Source: Escherichia coli phage NG_A1 | Reading direction: 5' to 3' (one strand) | Sequence record: LC788705.1 | Length of the DNA: 64,000 nt | Shown here: piece after piece, positions 55,582 to 64,000 of the stretch | Layout: each line of letters opens with the position of its first letter | Numbering within the stretch: the first letter of the stretch is position 1 | Notes under the pieces: model-generated | What the model was told of the DNA's origin: nothing | Database searches by the model: none | What the model saw: only the letters and a program-made list of their open reading frames with translations | Made by a program: the position numbers and the translations under genes

Positions 55582-56447
55582 TTATGAAAAAAGAATTTAA
55601 TGTACATAAAACTCTAGTAGTGCCGGATGATGCCAACTTGTTTTTCGTTGGTGATATTCATGGGTGCAACGATTTGCTAGAAGATGCGTTAAAATTAGCT
55701 GGGTATAATAGCAAAAAAGATTGCGTAGTATGTGTTGGTGACTTAATTGACCGAGGCACACAAAACTTACAAGTTTTAGCCAAATTCCTGTATAATCCAC
55801 GCTTTATCAGTGTCCGTGGCAATCATGACCAATTTATGATTGTGGGAGATTGGGCTAACTGGATGTATAATGGTGGTATGTGGGCCATGAATGAACTAGA
55901 TGCTGACACCATTAAAAATATTGCCGAAGATATGGCTGAAAAAATGCCAGTATTCCTAACTGTTAGACATCGTGGTAAGAAGTTTGGTGTTGTTCATGGT
56001 GGTATACCTTTTACATACAAAGAATGTGGTAATGAAGTAGAAACCCCAGTATGGGATAATCTTATTGCACAAGTAGAAGCAACTAAGGAAGACCCACATG
56101 ACCATCCGGGATACCATGTTGAACCATATTTATGGGATCGAGATGTAATCCAAGAAATAGGCTTCTACTTGTCCAAAAATGGTGAGGAACACCCATATTT
56201 CCAGCGTTATGCAGGATTTAAAGAAAAATACATGGTAGAAGTGCCTGAAGTTAAAGGGGTAGATTTCGTGTTTCACGGGCATACTGGGGTCCCTTACCCA
56301 CTTCTTTATAAAAACCGTGTTTATCTTGATACTGGCGGTGTTTTCAACGGGCAGTTGACGGTTGCGCAGGTTAATGATGAAACGGGCAAAATCACCACAT
56401 TTACTACACTCCGGGAAGATAGCTGTGGTGTACAGAGGATTCTTTAA
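55572..56447 (+). CDS. Ser/Thr protein phosphatase (calcineurin-like metallophosphoesterase)
   Basis: 291 aa; GDIHG, GDLIDRG, GNHD, HGG motifs. Confidence 0.8.
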   Translation: MGIIMKKEFNVHKTLVVPDDANLFFVGDIHGCNDLLEDALKLAGYNSKKDCVVCVGDLIDRGTQNLQVLAKFLYNPRFISVRGNHDQFMIVGDWANWMYNGGMWAMNELDADTIKNIAEDMAEKMPVFLTVRHRGKKFGVVHGGIPFTYKECGNEVETPVWDNLIAQVEATKEDPHDHPGYHVEPYLWDRDVIQEIGFYLSKNGEEHPYFQRYAGFKEKYMVEVPEVKGVDFVFHGHTGVPYPLLYKNRVYLDTGGVFNGQLTVAQVNDETGKITTFTTLREDSCGVQRIL

Positions 56448-56734
56448 TGAATGATAGAATGAAAGAAGTACGAGAAGAATTACGAGCAATGCGTATTGAT
56501 GCCCTTCGTTGGAGGGCATTAGTTAATGCTTTCGTCAAAGGAGATACTGGGGTAATATATTCTGGGATAGCAGTCAATTTTTGTTTTAATTCTCCTGCTG
56601 AAATAGAGATAGAAACAAGGCTTACTACCTACCTTAATGAGGTAGACCTTAAGGAAGGAGAGACTCCAGAGGAGTTTAAAACTAGAGTATTAACTACCTG
56701 GGTTGATAATTTAATACAAAAAAGGAGTAAGTGA
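56447..56734 (+). CDS. Hypothetical protein
   Basis: 95-aa ORF. Confidence 0.45.
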   Translation: MNDRMKEVREELRAMRIDALRWRALVNAFVKGDTGVIYSGIAVNFCFNSPAEIEIETRLTTYLNEVDLKEGETPEEFKTRVLTTWVDNLIQKRSK

Positions 56735-57324
56735 TGAAGGTTAAATTCTGGTCAGACTTGCACTTAGACCACCCTGGAGCACTACGTTTCCGTCCGTGGT
56801 TTAAGAACATGAAAGAGCACGATGAGTATATTCTAGATACTTTGTCCAAGCATATTGGTAAACGAACAAAACTTATTTTGCTAGGAGATATTGCAGTAGG
56901 TCGTGAAGGTCTGGCCAAGTTAAAGTCGGTTATCCACAATGTCCCTAATCAACTCATTATGGGTAATCATGATGCGGAGCGTCAAGGACTGAGTATTAGG
57001 GACTTAGCGGAAGTTTATGACGATATTCAAGCTCTAGGCAAACAGACTGGAGGTGGCAAAAAGTTTTGGCTATCTCACTGCCCTTTGCATCCCAATGAAC
57101 TTCGTGGCAAACTAAATATTCACGGACATGTACATACTACTTCTTTACGTGACCCACGTTATATTAATGTCTCATTTGAAATGAGTAGAACTCCAATTCC
57201 ACTAGAGGATATTGTGTCTGGTAAGTTTACTAGTTACGATAGAGTGGTTAATTGTACTACCGGCGAGGTATTACAAATAGGAGAAGACGTAGCTGCTGTA
57301 TTGCGTGGCGATATAAATGTCTAA
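56731..57324 (+). CDS. Metallophosphoesterase
   Basis: 197 aa; SDLHLDH, GDIAVG, GNHD, HGHVH motifs. Confidence 0.7.
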   Translation: MMKVKFWSDLHLDHPGALRFRPWFKNMKEHDEYILDTLSKHIGKRTKLILLGDIAVGREGLAKLKSVIHNVPNQLIMGNHDAERQGLSIRDLAEVYDDIQALGKQTGGGKKFWLSHCPLHPNELRGKLNIHGHVHTTSLRDPRYINVSFEMSRTPIPLEDIVSGKFTSYDRVVNCTTGEVLQIGEDVAAVLRGDINV

Positions 57325-57432
57325 GTATATAGCTGAGGTTATTATTAAACGAATCATACAGGCGATAGCAATACTTATAATCATTTGTATTGCTGTTGGC
57401 ACAGGATTAGGCATTTTAATTAAAAGTTTTAT

Positions 57433-57461
57433 TTGCTAAAATGCTTAAGTTTCTGTATAAT
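57433..57461 (+). promoter_or_regulatory. Early-type promoter
   Basis: TTGCTAaaatgcttaagtttctgTATAAT. Confidence 0.65.
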
Positions 57462-57491
57462 TACTGTATAAATTGATGAGAAGGAATCAAA

Positions 57492-57923
57492 ATGAACAAA
57501 GTTGATAAAGCTCTAGTTTTTGCAGCAGCAGATAAGTTTGAACAAGTTAAAGCTACTTTCAGAACCCTGTTTCAGTCCTACGTTCAGGATAAGTCTAATC
57601 CTATTTCTGAACGCTTGATGGTTTGGGAGTGTCATGCTTGTAATGCCCTGCTAATTGCTGATTACCGTAGTGATATAGATAAAGATCTTTGTGAAATCCT
57701 TATCCCCGAGGAAGCAGAACGTTATCAGTTAATCTCTTTTCAAGATTTAGCAGAACACATCATCCCAGATGATCTTTGGGACAAGTATTATGGTGATCCT
57801 GAAGACGAAGGAATGGCTCCAGAAGCATGTATTGAGTTAATCTGTAAAGATCATCCTGAAATTGCAGAAAAATTTGAAAAAGTTTTTGCTTCTGAGTTCT
57901 CAGGTTTCGTTAACGATTGGTAA
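57492..57923 (+). CDS. Hypothetical acidic protein
   Basis: 143-aa ORF. Confidence 0.5.
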   Translation: MNKVDKALVFAAADKFEQVKATFRTLFQSYVQDKSNPISERLMVWECHACNALLIADYRSDIDKDLCEILIPEEAERYQLISFQDLAEHIIPDDLWDKYYGDPEDEGMAPEACIELICKDHPEIAEKFEKVFASEFSGFVNDW

Positions 57924-57940
57924 GTAATTAAAAAATTCAG

Positions 57941-57969
57941 TTGCTTTAAGCCTTAAAATTCTGTATAAT
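57941..57969 (+). promoter_or_regulatory. Early-type promoter
   Basis: TTGCTTtaagccttaaaattctgTATAAT. Confidence 0.65.
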
Positions 57970-58001
57970 AAGTTCATAAATTAATGAGAGAGGAAATTCT
58001 A

Positions 58002-58253
58002 ATGGAAAACATGACTAAAAATGAAATGGCTAACGTTCTGGCAATTCTCCTCGACATGCAAGGATTTGAGGGGCAACTGATGAAAATGTCTATTCCGGCG
58101 ATGAAGAAGATGTATGATTCCCTGAATAAGAATGCTATGGCATTCAACCTTGCAAAACAAGAAGCACGTTTTGCTAAAGAGCATCAGGCAACTGCCGAAC
58201 GTCGTGCAGCATCTTTTGAGCGTGAAGTTAAGCAACTGAAAGGTAAGAAATAA
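58002..58253 (+). CDS. Hypothetical protein
   Basis: Start moved to ATG 58002 after GAGAGAGG (track start 57984 is too close to the -10). Confidence 0.4.
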   Translation: MENMTKNEMANVLAILLDMQGFEGQLMKMSIPAMKKMYDSLNKNAMAFNLAKQEARFAKEHQATAERRAASFEREVKQLKGKK

Positions 58254-58275
58254 GGACTAAGGGAGTATATAATTA

Positions 58276-58557
58276 ATGTTGATTGAAATTCTTATTGGGT
58301 TACTAGTTCTTACTACGCTAGTAGCGATTGGCGGAGTTATTGGGATTGTGAATGCACGAAAAAGCATGGAAAATATGCTTATTACTAATGATGGACTACA
58401 CCACCGTTTGCTAGAGCAAGAGCAGGATATTGAATTAGCACAAAGACGCTCGGATATTCTTAAGGAAAAATTAAATAATATAGAAGCAGTAGTTGGGAAT
58501 AATAAATTACCTGCTAAAGTAATGCGTACACAGATAATCACGGAGATTAAAAAATGA
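58276..58557 (+). CDS. Small membrane protein
   Basis: 93 aa, N-terminal TM helix. Confidence 0.4.
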   Translation: MLIEILIGLLVLTTLVAIGGVIGIVNARKSMENMLITNDGLHHRLLEQEQDIELAQRRSDILKEKLNNIEAVVGNNKLPAKVMRTQIITEIKK

Positions 58558-58725
58558 TGATGTTTATCCTAGCATTTTATTTGATTGTGGTAGGGGTTCT
58601 AGTTACTAAGTACCACATATAGGCACCAAATAATGTAGGTAAGGTAGCACTGTTTGTTATCCCAGTTCCACTTATTATACTTTCTATGTTACTGGTGATG
58701 TTAATAGGTAAAGTAACAAAAACAG

Positions 58726-59115
58726 ATGTTAAGCGCATTGCTGACGAATTGCAACAGTCCTGTGATATGGTTGAGGATATTCTTAAAGATGAAGTTTAAT
58801 TTTAATGAATTAAATACCTTACATGAGATATTACAGTTTGTGAATAATAATATTAGTATTCCAGATGATACACTAGAAGTTCTCATGTTAATCGAGAAAA
58901 AGGTAGGAATTGAAATTGAGGATTCTTGGAAACCACTTTCTGTATTAACACCTCTTAATATGAAAGTGATAGTTAAAAATATTGATACTGGTGAAGAGTG
59001 TGAAATGATTCGTAAAGAACTAGCTGATAGCTACTCACCAAAGTCTGTAGTAATGTACCATGATGATACCGCTAAGACTCTACAGACAGCTAATTACGTA
59101 TGGCGTCTCCCATGA
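58726..59115 (+). CDS. Hypothetical protein
   Basis: 129-aa ORF, start uncertain. Confidence 0.35.
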   Translation: MLSALLTNCNSPVIWLRIFLKMKFNFNELNTLHEILQFVNNNISIPDDTLEVLMLIEKKVGIEIEDSWKPLSVLTPLNMKVIVKNIDTGEECEMIRKELADSYSPKSVVMYHDDTAKTLQTANYVWRLP

Positions 59116-59214
59116 TTAATTTAGTACCAATTACTGCGTGGCTAATAGCACTATTAGTGCTCGCAGTTTTTATTATTGTGGAGCAGGCCAAAGTAATAAG
59201 GAGACTTAAAAACA

Positions 59215-59415
59215 ATGATAAAACGTCTTGTTTATCAGGCACCAAAGATTGTAACTGAGTATTTTGTATTACTGCCTCAGATTGTATTTCTAACAGCATT
59301 ATTTAATATACTTTTTCGACATCTAGGAATAACGGAAAATATCTTCTACACTTCTGGACTACTTCCTTTTATGTACGAAGGCATTATCGTGGCAATTAAC
59401 GGAGTTCGTAAATGA
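59215..59415 (+). CDS. Small hydrophobic protein
   Basis: 66-aa ORF. Confidence 0.35.
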   Translation: MIKRLVYQAPKIVTEYFVLLPQIVFLTALFNILFRHLGITENIFYTSGLLPFMYEGIIVAINGVRK

Positions 59416-59873
59416 CAGCACTACAACAACTACAGAATTACTGGTTTGATAACCAATTTAACGATCTTTTCATCCAGTTGTTTGTCGAAACGAACGGACG
59501 CTTCAACTACCGATTCTTTAACAAGTTTCACGAAACAAAATTCTCGCATACAGAAATTAATGCAGCGATCCAAGACCTAACTGGTTCTAAAGTAGTTCAA
59601 TATCGTGAAGTAGACTTTACACCAGATTGTTTTGGGTTTGAGTTGTTTAAGAAAGCATATAAATTTGGTAAGTTTGAGTATGCTCGTCAATGGGTTCATG
59701 ATTTCTGGTACAACACTGATATTGTTCCTAGTCGTGTACTGATTCTTAACTGGATTGCTAAACAACATCCGCCTAAAGCTCAATCATCCTTCTTACCAAC
59801 TGACACAGGAAACCTCTACCATGACAGAAAAGAAAAATCCATTATTGGAGCAGATGAAGGAGTGGGAGAGTAA
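59412..59873 (+). CDS. Hypothetical protein
   Basis: 153-aa ORF. Confidence 0.5.
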   Translation: MTALQQLQNYWFDNQFNDLFIQLFVETNGRFNYRFFNKFHETKFSHTEINAAIQDLTGSKVVQYREVDFTPDCFGFELFKKAYKFGKFEYARQWVHDFWYNTDIVPSRVLILNWIAKQHPPKAQSSFLPTDTGNLYHDRKEKSIIGADEGVGE

Positions 59874-60192
59874 TATTGAATCTGGTCTAGTAGACGGAGA
59901 AGATATTGTTAACTCCATGCTAGAAGTAACAGTAGATAATATTAATCCTATTTTGGCCAAAGAAACCTCCGATCTTATAGGACTCTCTAGCACATTTGAT
60001 TCTTTAGCTAAATTAGCCTTAGATGACGAAGAGATAACCAAAGAAGATCTCGCCTCAGCTATGAATATGGCTATTAACGCTTACATTGGTAAACGTACCG
60101 ATGAACTTGGTAAACAGATCAATAAGCGTGATGCTACGCTAGGTCTTATGGAAACGGCCACTATGTTAAGAAGTGGTAAACAACTTCATTAA
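59821..60192 (+). CDS. Hypothetical protein
   Basis: Start moved to internal Met (MTEKKNPL) to reduce overlap. Confidence 0.4.
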   Translation: MTEKKNPLLEQMKEWESNIESGLVDGEDIVNSMLEVTVDNINPILAKETSDLIGLSSTFDSLAKLALDDEEITKEDLASAMNMAINAYIGKRTDELGKQINKRDATLGLMETATMLRSGKQLH

Positions 60193-60197
60193 TTCTA

Positions 60198-60228
60198 GAG
60201 GCCAGGACTTAATTGTTCTGGCCTTTTG
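60198..60228 (+). terminator. Rho-independent terminator
   Basis: ggccag...ctggcc hairpin then TTTT. Confidence 0.65.
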
Positions 60229-60251
60229 AGTACATATAAAAGGAGACTATA

Positions 60252-60485
60252 GTGGAAATTGTATTAGTTATTCTTGCAATAGCACTATTATTCGCAATCA
60301 GCGTATCTATTAAAAAGACTCGTGATCTTAATAGGACTATAGATGATAACAGAAAACTACGTGGTGAAAAGGCTAGGCTTAACCTACAACATGAAGCTCT
60401 GAAGTTATTTGTAGTTCAGGGCAATAGAAACCATACTCCTGAAGACTTTATTAAACAGCTTAAAAAGCACTTAGGGCTCAAATAA
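60252..60485 (+). CDS. Small membrane protein
   Basis: 77 aa, N-terminal TM helix. Confidence 0.4.
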   Translation: MEIVLVILAIALLFAISVSIKKTRDLNRTIDDNRKLRGEKARLNLQHEALKLFVVQGNRNHTPEDFIKQLKKHLGLK

Positions 60486-60670
60486 TGGAAACTCTTTTTC
60501 TTTTAATGCTCGTAGGTTCTCTGTTACTAATACTAGCACTTCTACTAATCTGCAATATTCTTAATAATAAGAATCTAGAGCTAAAGTGTGAGAACCAAAT
60601 CCTTAACCGTGAACTTAAACAATATAATCTAGCAGCCTATAAACTGTTAGACAAACTGGAGAATAAATAA
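60485..60670 (+). CDS. Small membrane protein
   Basis: 61 aa, TM helix, coupled to previous. Confidence 0.4.
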   Translation: METLFLLMLVGSLLLILALLLICNILNNKNLELKCENQILNRELKQYNLAAYKLLDKLENK

Positions 60671-61272
60671 TGACTTTTAATGCGCAACAATCTATTCAAG
60701 TAGTGCCAGATCATGAACTGAACACATGGGATTATAGCTTTAAAGATTTAACCGCTACTGTACAATTTAAATCTATGAAGCTAACATTTGCACACACTGA
60801 CCTTAGAGCATGTAAAGGTCTTGAGGATAAGCTCGAAGATGCTCGCAAGATTTTTGGTAAGGCTCGCATCCCAGCTGATAATCTAATTAACGCATTAATC
60901 GATGCAGGGTACAAACTTGTGAAGACTGAGGTGAACCGCCCTAGTACTCCAGTGACTATTAGAGATCCGTGGCAGTCAGGGACAATCGCAATGCTGAATA
61001 AATCATCGGATTTGCACAATGTTCCTTGTGGGGGTGTGATAAGTAGTACGCAGTCATATAAGTTTGGGGAAGATTACGGCCCTTCTGTACAGTTGAAACA
61101 TACTCAAGAAGCTTTTGAATCTGATATGCGAAGCGTAGCACCTGCGGATGCTGAAGGTTTTAGAAGTCCCATCTATGTTACTCACTTTAATAATCTTAGG
61201 CCTGGGAGTATAAATGATGCTATCCTTGAAGCGTTGGGAGCTGCTATTAATGAAGATAAGAGGGGTAATTAA
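60670..61272 (+). CDS. Hypothetical protein
   Basis: 200-aa ORF. Confidence 0.5.
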   Translation: MTFNAQQSIQVVPDHELNTWDYSFKDLTATVQFKSMKLTFAHTDLRACKGLEDKLEDARKIFGKARIPADNLINALIDAGYKLVKTEVNRPSTPVTIRDPWQSGTIAMLNKSSDLHNVPCGGVISSTQSYKFGEDYGPSVQLKHTQEAFESDMRSVAPADAEGFRSPIYVTHFNNLRPGSINDAILEALGAAINEDKRGN

Positions 61273-61997
61273 TGAGTATAAAAAAGAATTTAGCAGAGAT
61301 TATTAAGTTAGCTAGAGCTTGTAATGGAAAATGTGTTTCTCAGCTTAATGAACTAGAAGCACATGCAGTAGCATTTTGTGCAGAGTTTTATCCTGCATAC
61401 CTTAATGCTAGTGGGCAACCTAAATATAATAAGGATGCCGAAGAAGTTACGTTAGCTCCTTCATATATTAGCTTGCGTCGTTTAATTCAAACCGTTGATC
61501 CTACTATTAAAGGATTCTCAGCAGATTCATTCCACGTCTTTGCAGATAAAGAACTCCCGTATTTTAAAGAAGGAAATGCAAAGTCATGTTTAGAATGTTA
61601 TCCTAATATACTGATGATTCCTCAAAAGCAATGTAAATACGATCATCTTCCTAGACTTACAAAGAAAGTAGCACCACCTTATTCTTCTCTATCTGAATTA
61701 AAGCTAGGAATTGTATCTACACTTGCGCAGATTCATCTAAGTATAGTTGACGACTCAACAACATCTAACCCTATTCTAGATGCTGCTCACTTTGAAATTT
61801 TACGTGATCCTGAACAAGCTAGAAAAGTTGCTAAGTCTGTTAAGTTTGATATATCAACAATTCTTGACACTAAACAAGAAACTAGACCTAGAGGAAGTGT
61901 AGATTATTCTGCGCTAAATTCCGAGTCATCTTACTTAGCAACATTCCTTTTCATGGCGTCAAAAGGGGTTATTCTAAAGGTTAATAAAGATGGATGA
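61272..61997 (+). CDS. Hypothetical protein
   Basis: 241-aa ORF. Confidence 0.5.
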   Translation: MSIKKNLAEIIKLARACNGKCVSQLNELEAHAVAFCAEFYPAYLNASGQPKYNKDAEEVTLAPSYISLRRLIQTVDPTIKGFSADSFHVFADKELPYFKEGNAKSCLECYPNILMIPQKQCKYDHLPRLTKKVAPPYSSLSELKLGIVSTLAQIHLSIVDDSTTSNPILDAAHFEILRDPEQARKVAKSVKFDISTILDTKQETRPRGSVDYSALNSESSYLATFLFMASKGVILKVNKDG

Positions 61998-62718
61998 TTT
62001 ACGTGCTGAAATTAATAAAAAGTTACGAGAGGAAGCCCGGAGGTTTCCTCTTAAAAACTTTTTGAAGTCAAATGGCTCTACTAATATAACGAAGATTAGG
62101 CAACTTCACCCTGACTTCCAACAAGAGGCCTTAAACCTTATCTTTATTAGGAAAGCTTTAAAAGTCCAGAAAGAAGAGTATGGGTATGAAAGAGTTAATT
62201 ATAAGACAGCCAATCAGTTAGTAGAGATATGGTGCTATAAACATAAAGGATACTTTATGCAAACTGCTAGATCTCACCTAGATGGGCACGGTTGTTTACA
62301 ATGTGCTAGGGAAAGCAACCTAAATACACCTATCGAGAAACCGGAGGTAGAAGAAGATGTTCAGTCCCCCACATATCTCTATATCTTCTCTAATAAAGAT
62401 CAGTCTAGGAAGAAATTAAAGACAAAGATTGGGGTTTCTAGAGAGCCACATCAAAGGTTTAAGAATCTAGAGTATGATAAATTGCGTGTGCCGGGTTTTG
62501 AAGATATGGAAGTATTTGGTATCTACCAGTATAAGAAAGGATCGAAAGAACTCGCTTACAAAATAGAACACCAAGCACATAAATTTTTCGAGAATAAATT
62601 TGCTAACCATTATAAATTCGATGGAGCAAAAGAGATATTCAACATTAAAGCTGTAGAGGCAGAAGAATATCTATTAAGTCAAGGTTGCATAAAAATTTAC
62701 CCAACTCCAAACTCATGA
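61990..62718 (+). CDS. Zinc-ribbon + GIY-YIG/T5orf172-like protein (putative homing endonuclease), paralog of 29083..29754
   Basis: 242 aa; GHGCLQC ribbon then YLYIFSNKD...KIGVSREPHQRFKNL. Confidence 0.45.
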   Translation: MDDLRAEINKKLREEARRFPLKNFLKSNGSTNITKIRQLHPDFQQEALNLIFIRKALKVQKEEYGYERVNYKTANQLVEIWCYKHKGYFMQTARSHLDGHGCLQCARESNLNTPIEKPEVEEDVQSPTYLYIFSNKDQSRKKLKTKIGVSREPHQRFKNLEYDKLRVPGFEDMEVFGIYQYKKGSKELAYKIEHQAHKFFENKFANHYKFDGAKEIFNIKAVEAEEYLLSQGCIKIYPTPNS

Positions 62719-62745
62719 CAAAAATTTAAAAGTAACGAAATCTGC

Positions 62746-62775
62746 TTGACATTCGTGAGAATAATGTGTTATAAT
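62746..62775 (+). promoter_or_regulatory. Consensus sigma70 promoter (TTGACA-18-TATAAT) reading into the terminal repeat region
   Basis: ctgcTTGACAttcgtgagaataatgtgtTATAATaatc; no ORF of 60 aa or more for about 700 bp downstream. Confidence 0.55.
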
Positions 62776-63116
62776 AATCTCATAGATTAAAAACATCAAC
62801 TTGTTTTTACCTCTAGGCCGTAGATTTACATCATTCCTCGTAGGAAAACACTTGATGACGGTTCTGCTCGCAGGTTCTCGTCAATTGTTCTTCCACACCG
62901 AGACTTAGGAGGATGTATCAAATCGCACGCGCCTAGAGGGGCTAACTCTCATGAAATGGGGGTATATTTACTTTTAAATAACTAAAAAATATTTAAAGGC
63001 AATATCTGTGTTCAAGATGATACACCTGTTGCCGCTCTCCATCTCTAGGATCACATACACTTTCCTAGAAACTCCAGAGTTCTCACTAAATACTCACGAA
63101 ATATCACACTTCTAGT

Positions 63117-63196
63117 GGGCGGTTCTCCTAAGTTTCTAGGAACATATACTAGGCGGTTTAATACAGGGCGGTTAATATAGGGCGGTTAATATAGGG
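63117..63196. repeat. Five copies of GGGCGGTT, four of them as exact 14-bp-period tandem repeats (unit GGGCGGTTAATATA)
   Basis: GGGCGGTT at 63117, 63142 (ggcggtt), 63156, 63170, 63184. Confidence 0.85.
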
Positions 63197-63236
63197 CGGT
63201 TATTTCTAGGAGACATTTTTCCAAAACACATTTCCA

Positions 63237-63836
63237 GAAATTACTATCGGATTTGCACATTGTGTTTCTAGAAATTTATGGTCGGATTTGCACAAACGCC
63301 TAAGTTTTTAGGAACTCTTACTCCCCTGAAAATGGCAGCATTATTTCGGGCCGAAGGCCCATAATTGCCTGAGTTTTTAGAGCCACAAGAATTTTCACTT
63401 GTCAAGCTATTTTGCCACCTTTAGCAAATAAAATTTTACTTTATCTCCACTAATCTCAAATTAACCCAAATCTTCTCAACTCTTCCCCAAAAACGCAGCA
63501 AATCAGGCGTTGCACGCCACCCATGCTGCTCCTCCAGTTTCTCCCCTTATTTTCTCTCGCTCTCTCAACTTCTCCCCAAACCTATACAATCACATACCCT
63601 CCAATCGAAGTCACAAAAATCTTGTCGGATTCGCACATCTTAATCCTAGAAAAACCGTGTCGGATTTGCACATACCCCACAGGATTCGAACGCAGTTCGT
63701 GATTGCTGGAGTTTTTAGGAAAATTCATTGTCGGATTTGCACACTATAAAAATTTTTCGGGTCGGATTTGCACACTACCAAAAATTGTCGGATTCGCACA
63801 TACACGCCCGCACGTAACACCCGTGGAGCAATGTCG
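63237..63836. repeat. Eight same-orientation copies of the 14-bp motif GTCGGATT(T/C)GCACA
   Basis: Copies at 63237, 63271, 63614, 63649, 63720, 63751, 63777, 63823; irregular spacing (26-343 bp). Confidence 0.85.
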
Positions 63837-63841
63837 GATTT

Positions 63842-63859
63842 GCACAAAAGCGCAGGGCA
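63842..63859. repeat. 18-bp perfect palindrome GCAGGGCAATTGCCCTGC
   Basis: gcagggcaa is the reverse complement of ttgccctgc. Confidence 0.85.
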
Positions 63860-63866
63860 ATTGCCC

Positions 63867-64000
63867 TGCTCGCCTGAATGCGAATGATAATGAGAATGAT
63901 TCTCATTTAAAAAGCGGAATGAGAATGATAATAATTCGCATTTAAGAATGGAAGTGAGAATTATTCAGGAAGTGAAACGATTCTCATTTAAAAAGCAGAA
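63867..64000. repeat. Cluster of palindromes and direct repeats at the window edge (GAGAATGATTCTC, ATTCTCATTTAAAAAGC x2, GCGAAT/ATTCGC)
   Basis: tgagaatgattctca palindrome at 63881-63895; attctcatttaaaaagc at about 63888 and 63969; array may continue beyond the window. Confidence 0.7.

Noticed and set aside
63237-63836. DnaA boxes
   Set aside because: The motif GTCGGATTTGCACA (reverse complement TGTGCAAATCCGAC) does not match the DnaA consensus TTATCCACA/TGTGGATAA.
63141-63860. CRISPR array
   Set aside because: Repeat units are only 14 bp, spacing is irregular (26-343 bp), and there is no leader or cas context.
1-64000. Integrase, transposase or prophage attachment site
   Set aside because: No recombinase-like ORF was recognised; gene content is that of a strictly virulent phage.

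Overview
This window reads as ~64 kb of the early region of a T5-like (Demerecviridae-type) virulent coliphage; that identification rests on gene content and order recalled from memory, since no database search was possible. Coordinates 1-1290 hold the 3' end of a tail-fibre gene with a C-terminal intramolecular-chaperone domain, ending at a bidirectional terminator. From 1352 to 29754 a long minus-strand block carries the replication and recombination module: dUTPase, flap endonuclease, a Holliday-junction-resolvase-like protein, SbcCD-like nuclease, SF2 helicase, family A DNA polymerase, primase, DnaB-like helicase, a split NAD-dependent ligase, a large P-loop NTPase, a Sir2-like protein and anaerobic RNR NrdD, with HNH homing endonucleases interspersed. 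From 30082 to 62718 a plus-strand block carries PhoH, NrdA/NrdB, DHFR, thymidylate synthase, RNase H, a tRNA cluster (9 canonical tRNAs folded by hand, plus atypical tRNA-like elements), a GrcA-like glycyl-radical protein, spanins, dNMP kinase, holin/endolysin, phosphatases and many small ORFs. About 25 near-identical strong early promoters and numerous hairpin terminators punctuate both blocks. The window ends (62720-64000) in an ORF-poor region dense with direct repeats and palindromes. No single locus stands out as an obvious novel system; the most interesting candidates are the terminal repeat array, the tRNA-associated elements (a YqeY/GatB-like protein and non-canonical tRNA-like RNAs), promoter-spanning inverted repeats that could occlude ribosome-binding sites, and an NAD/phosphatase gene cluster. 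All calls come from manual reading of the sequence and ORF track; tRNA boundaries and gene starts are approximate.
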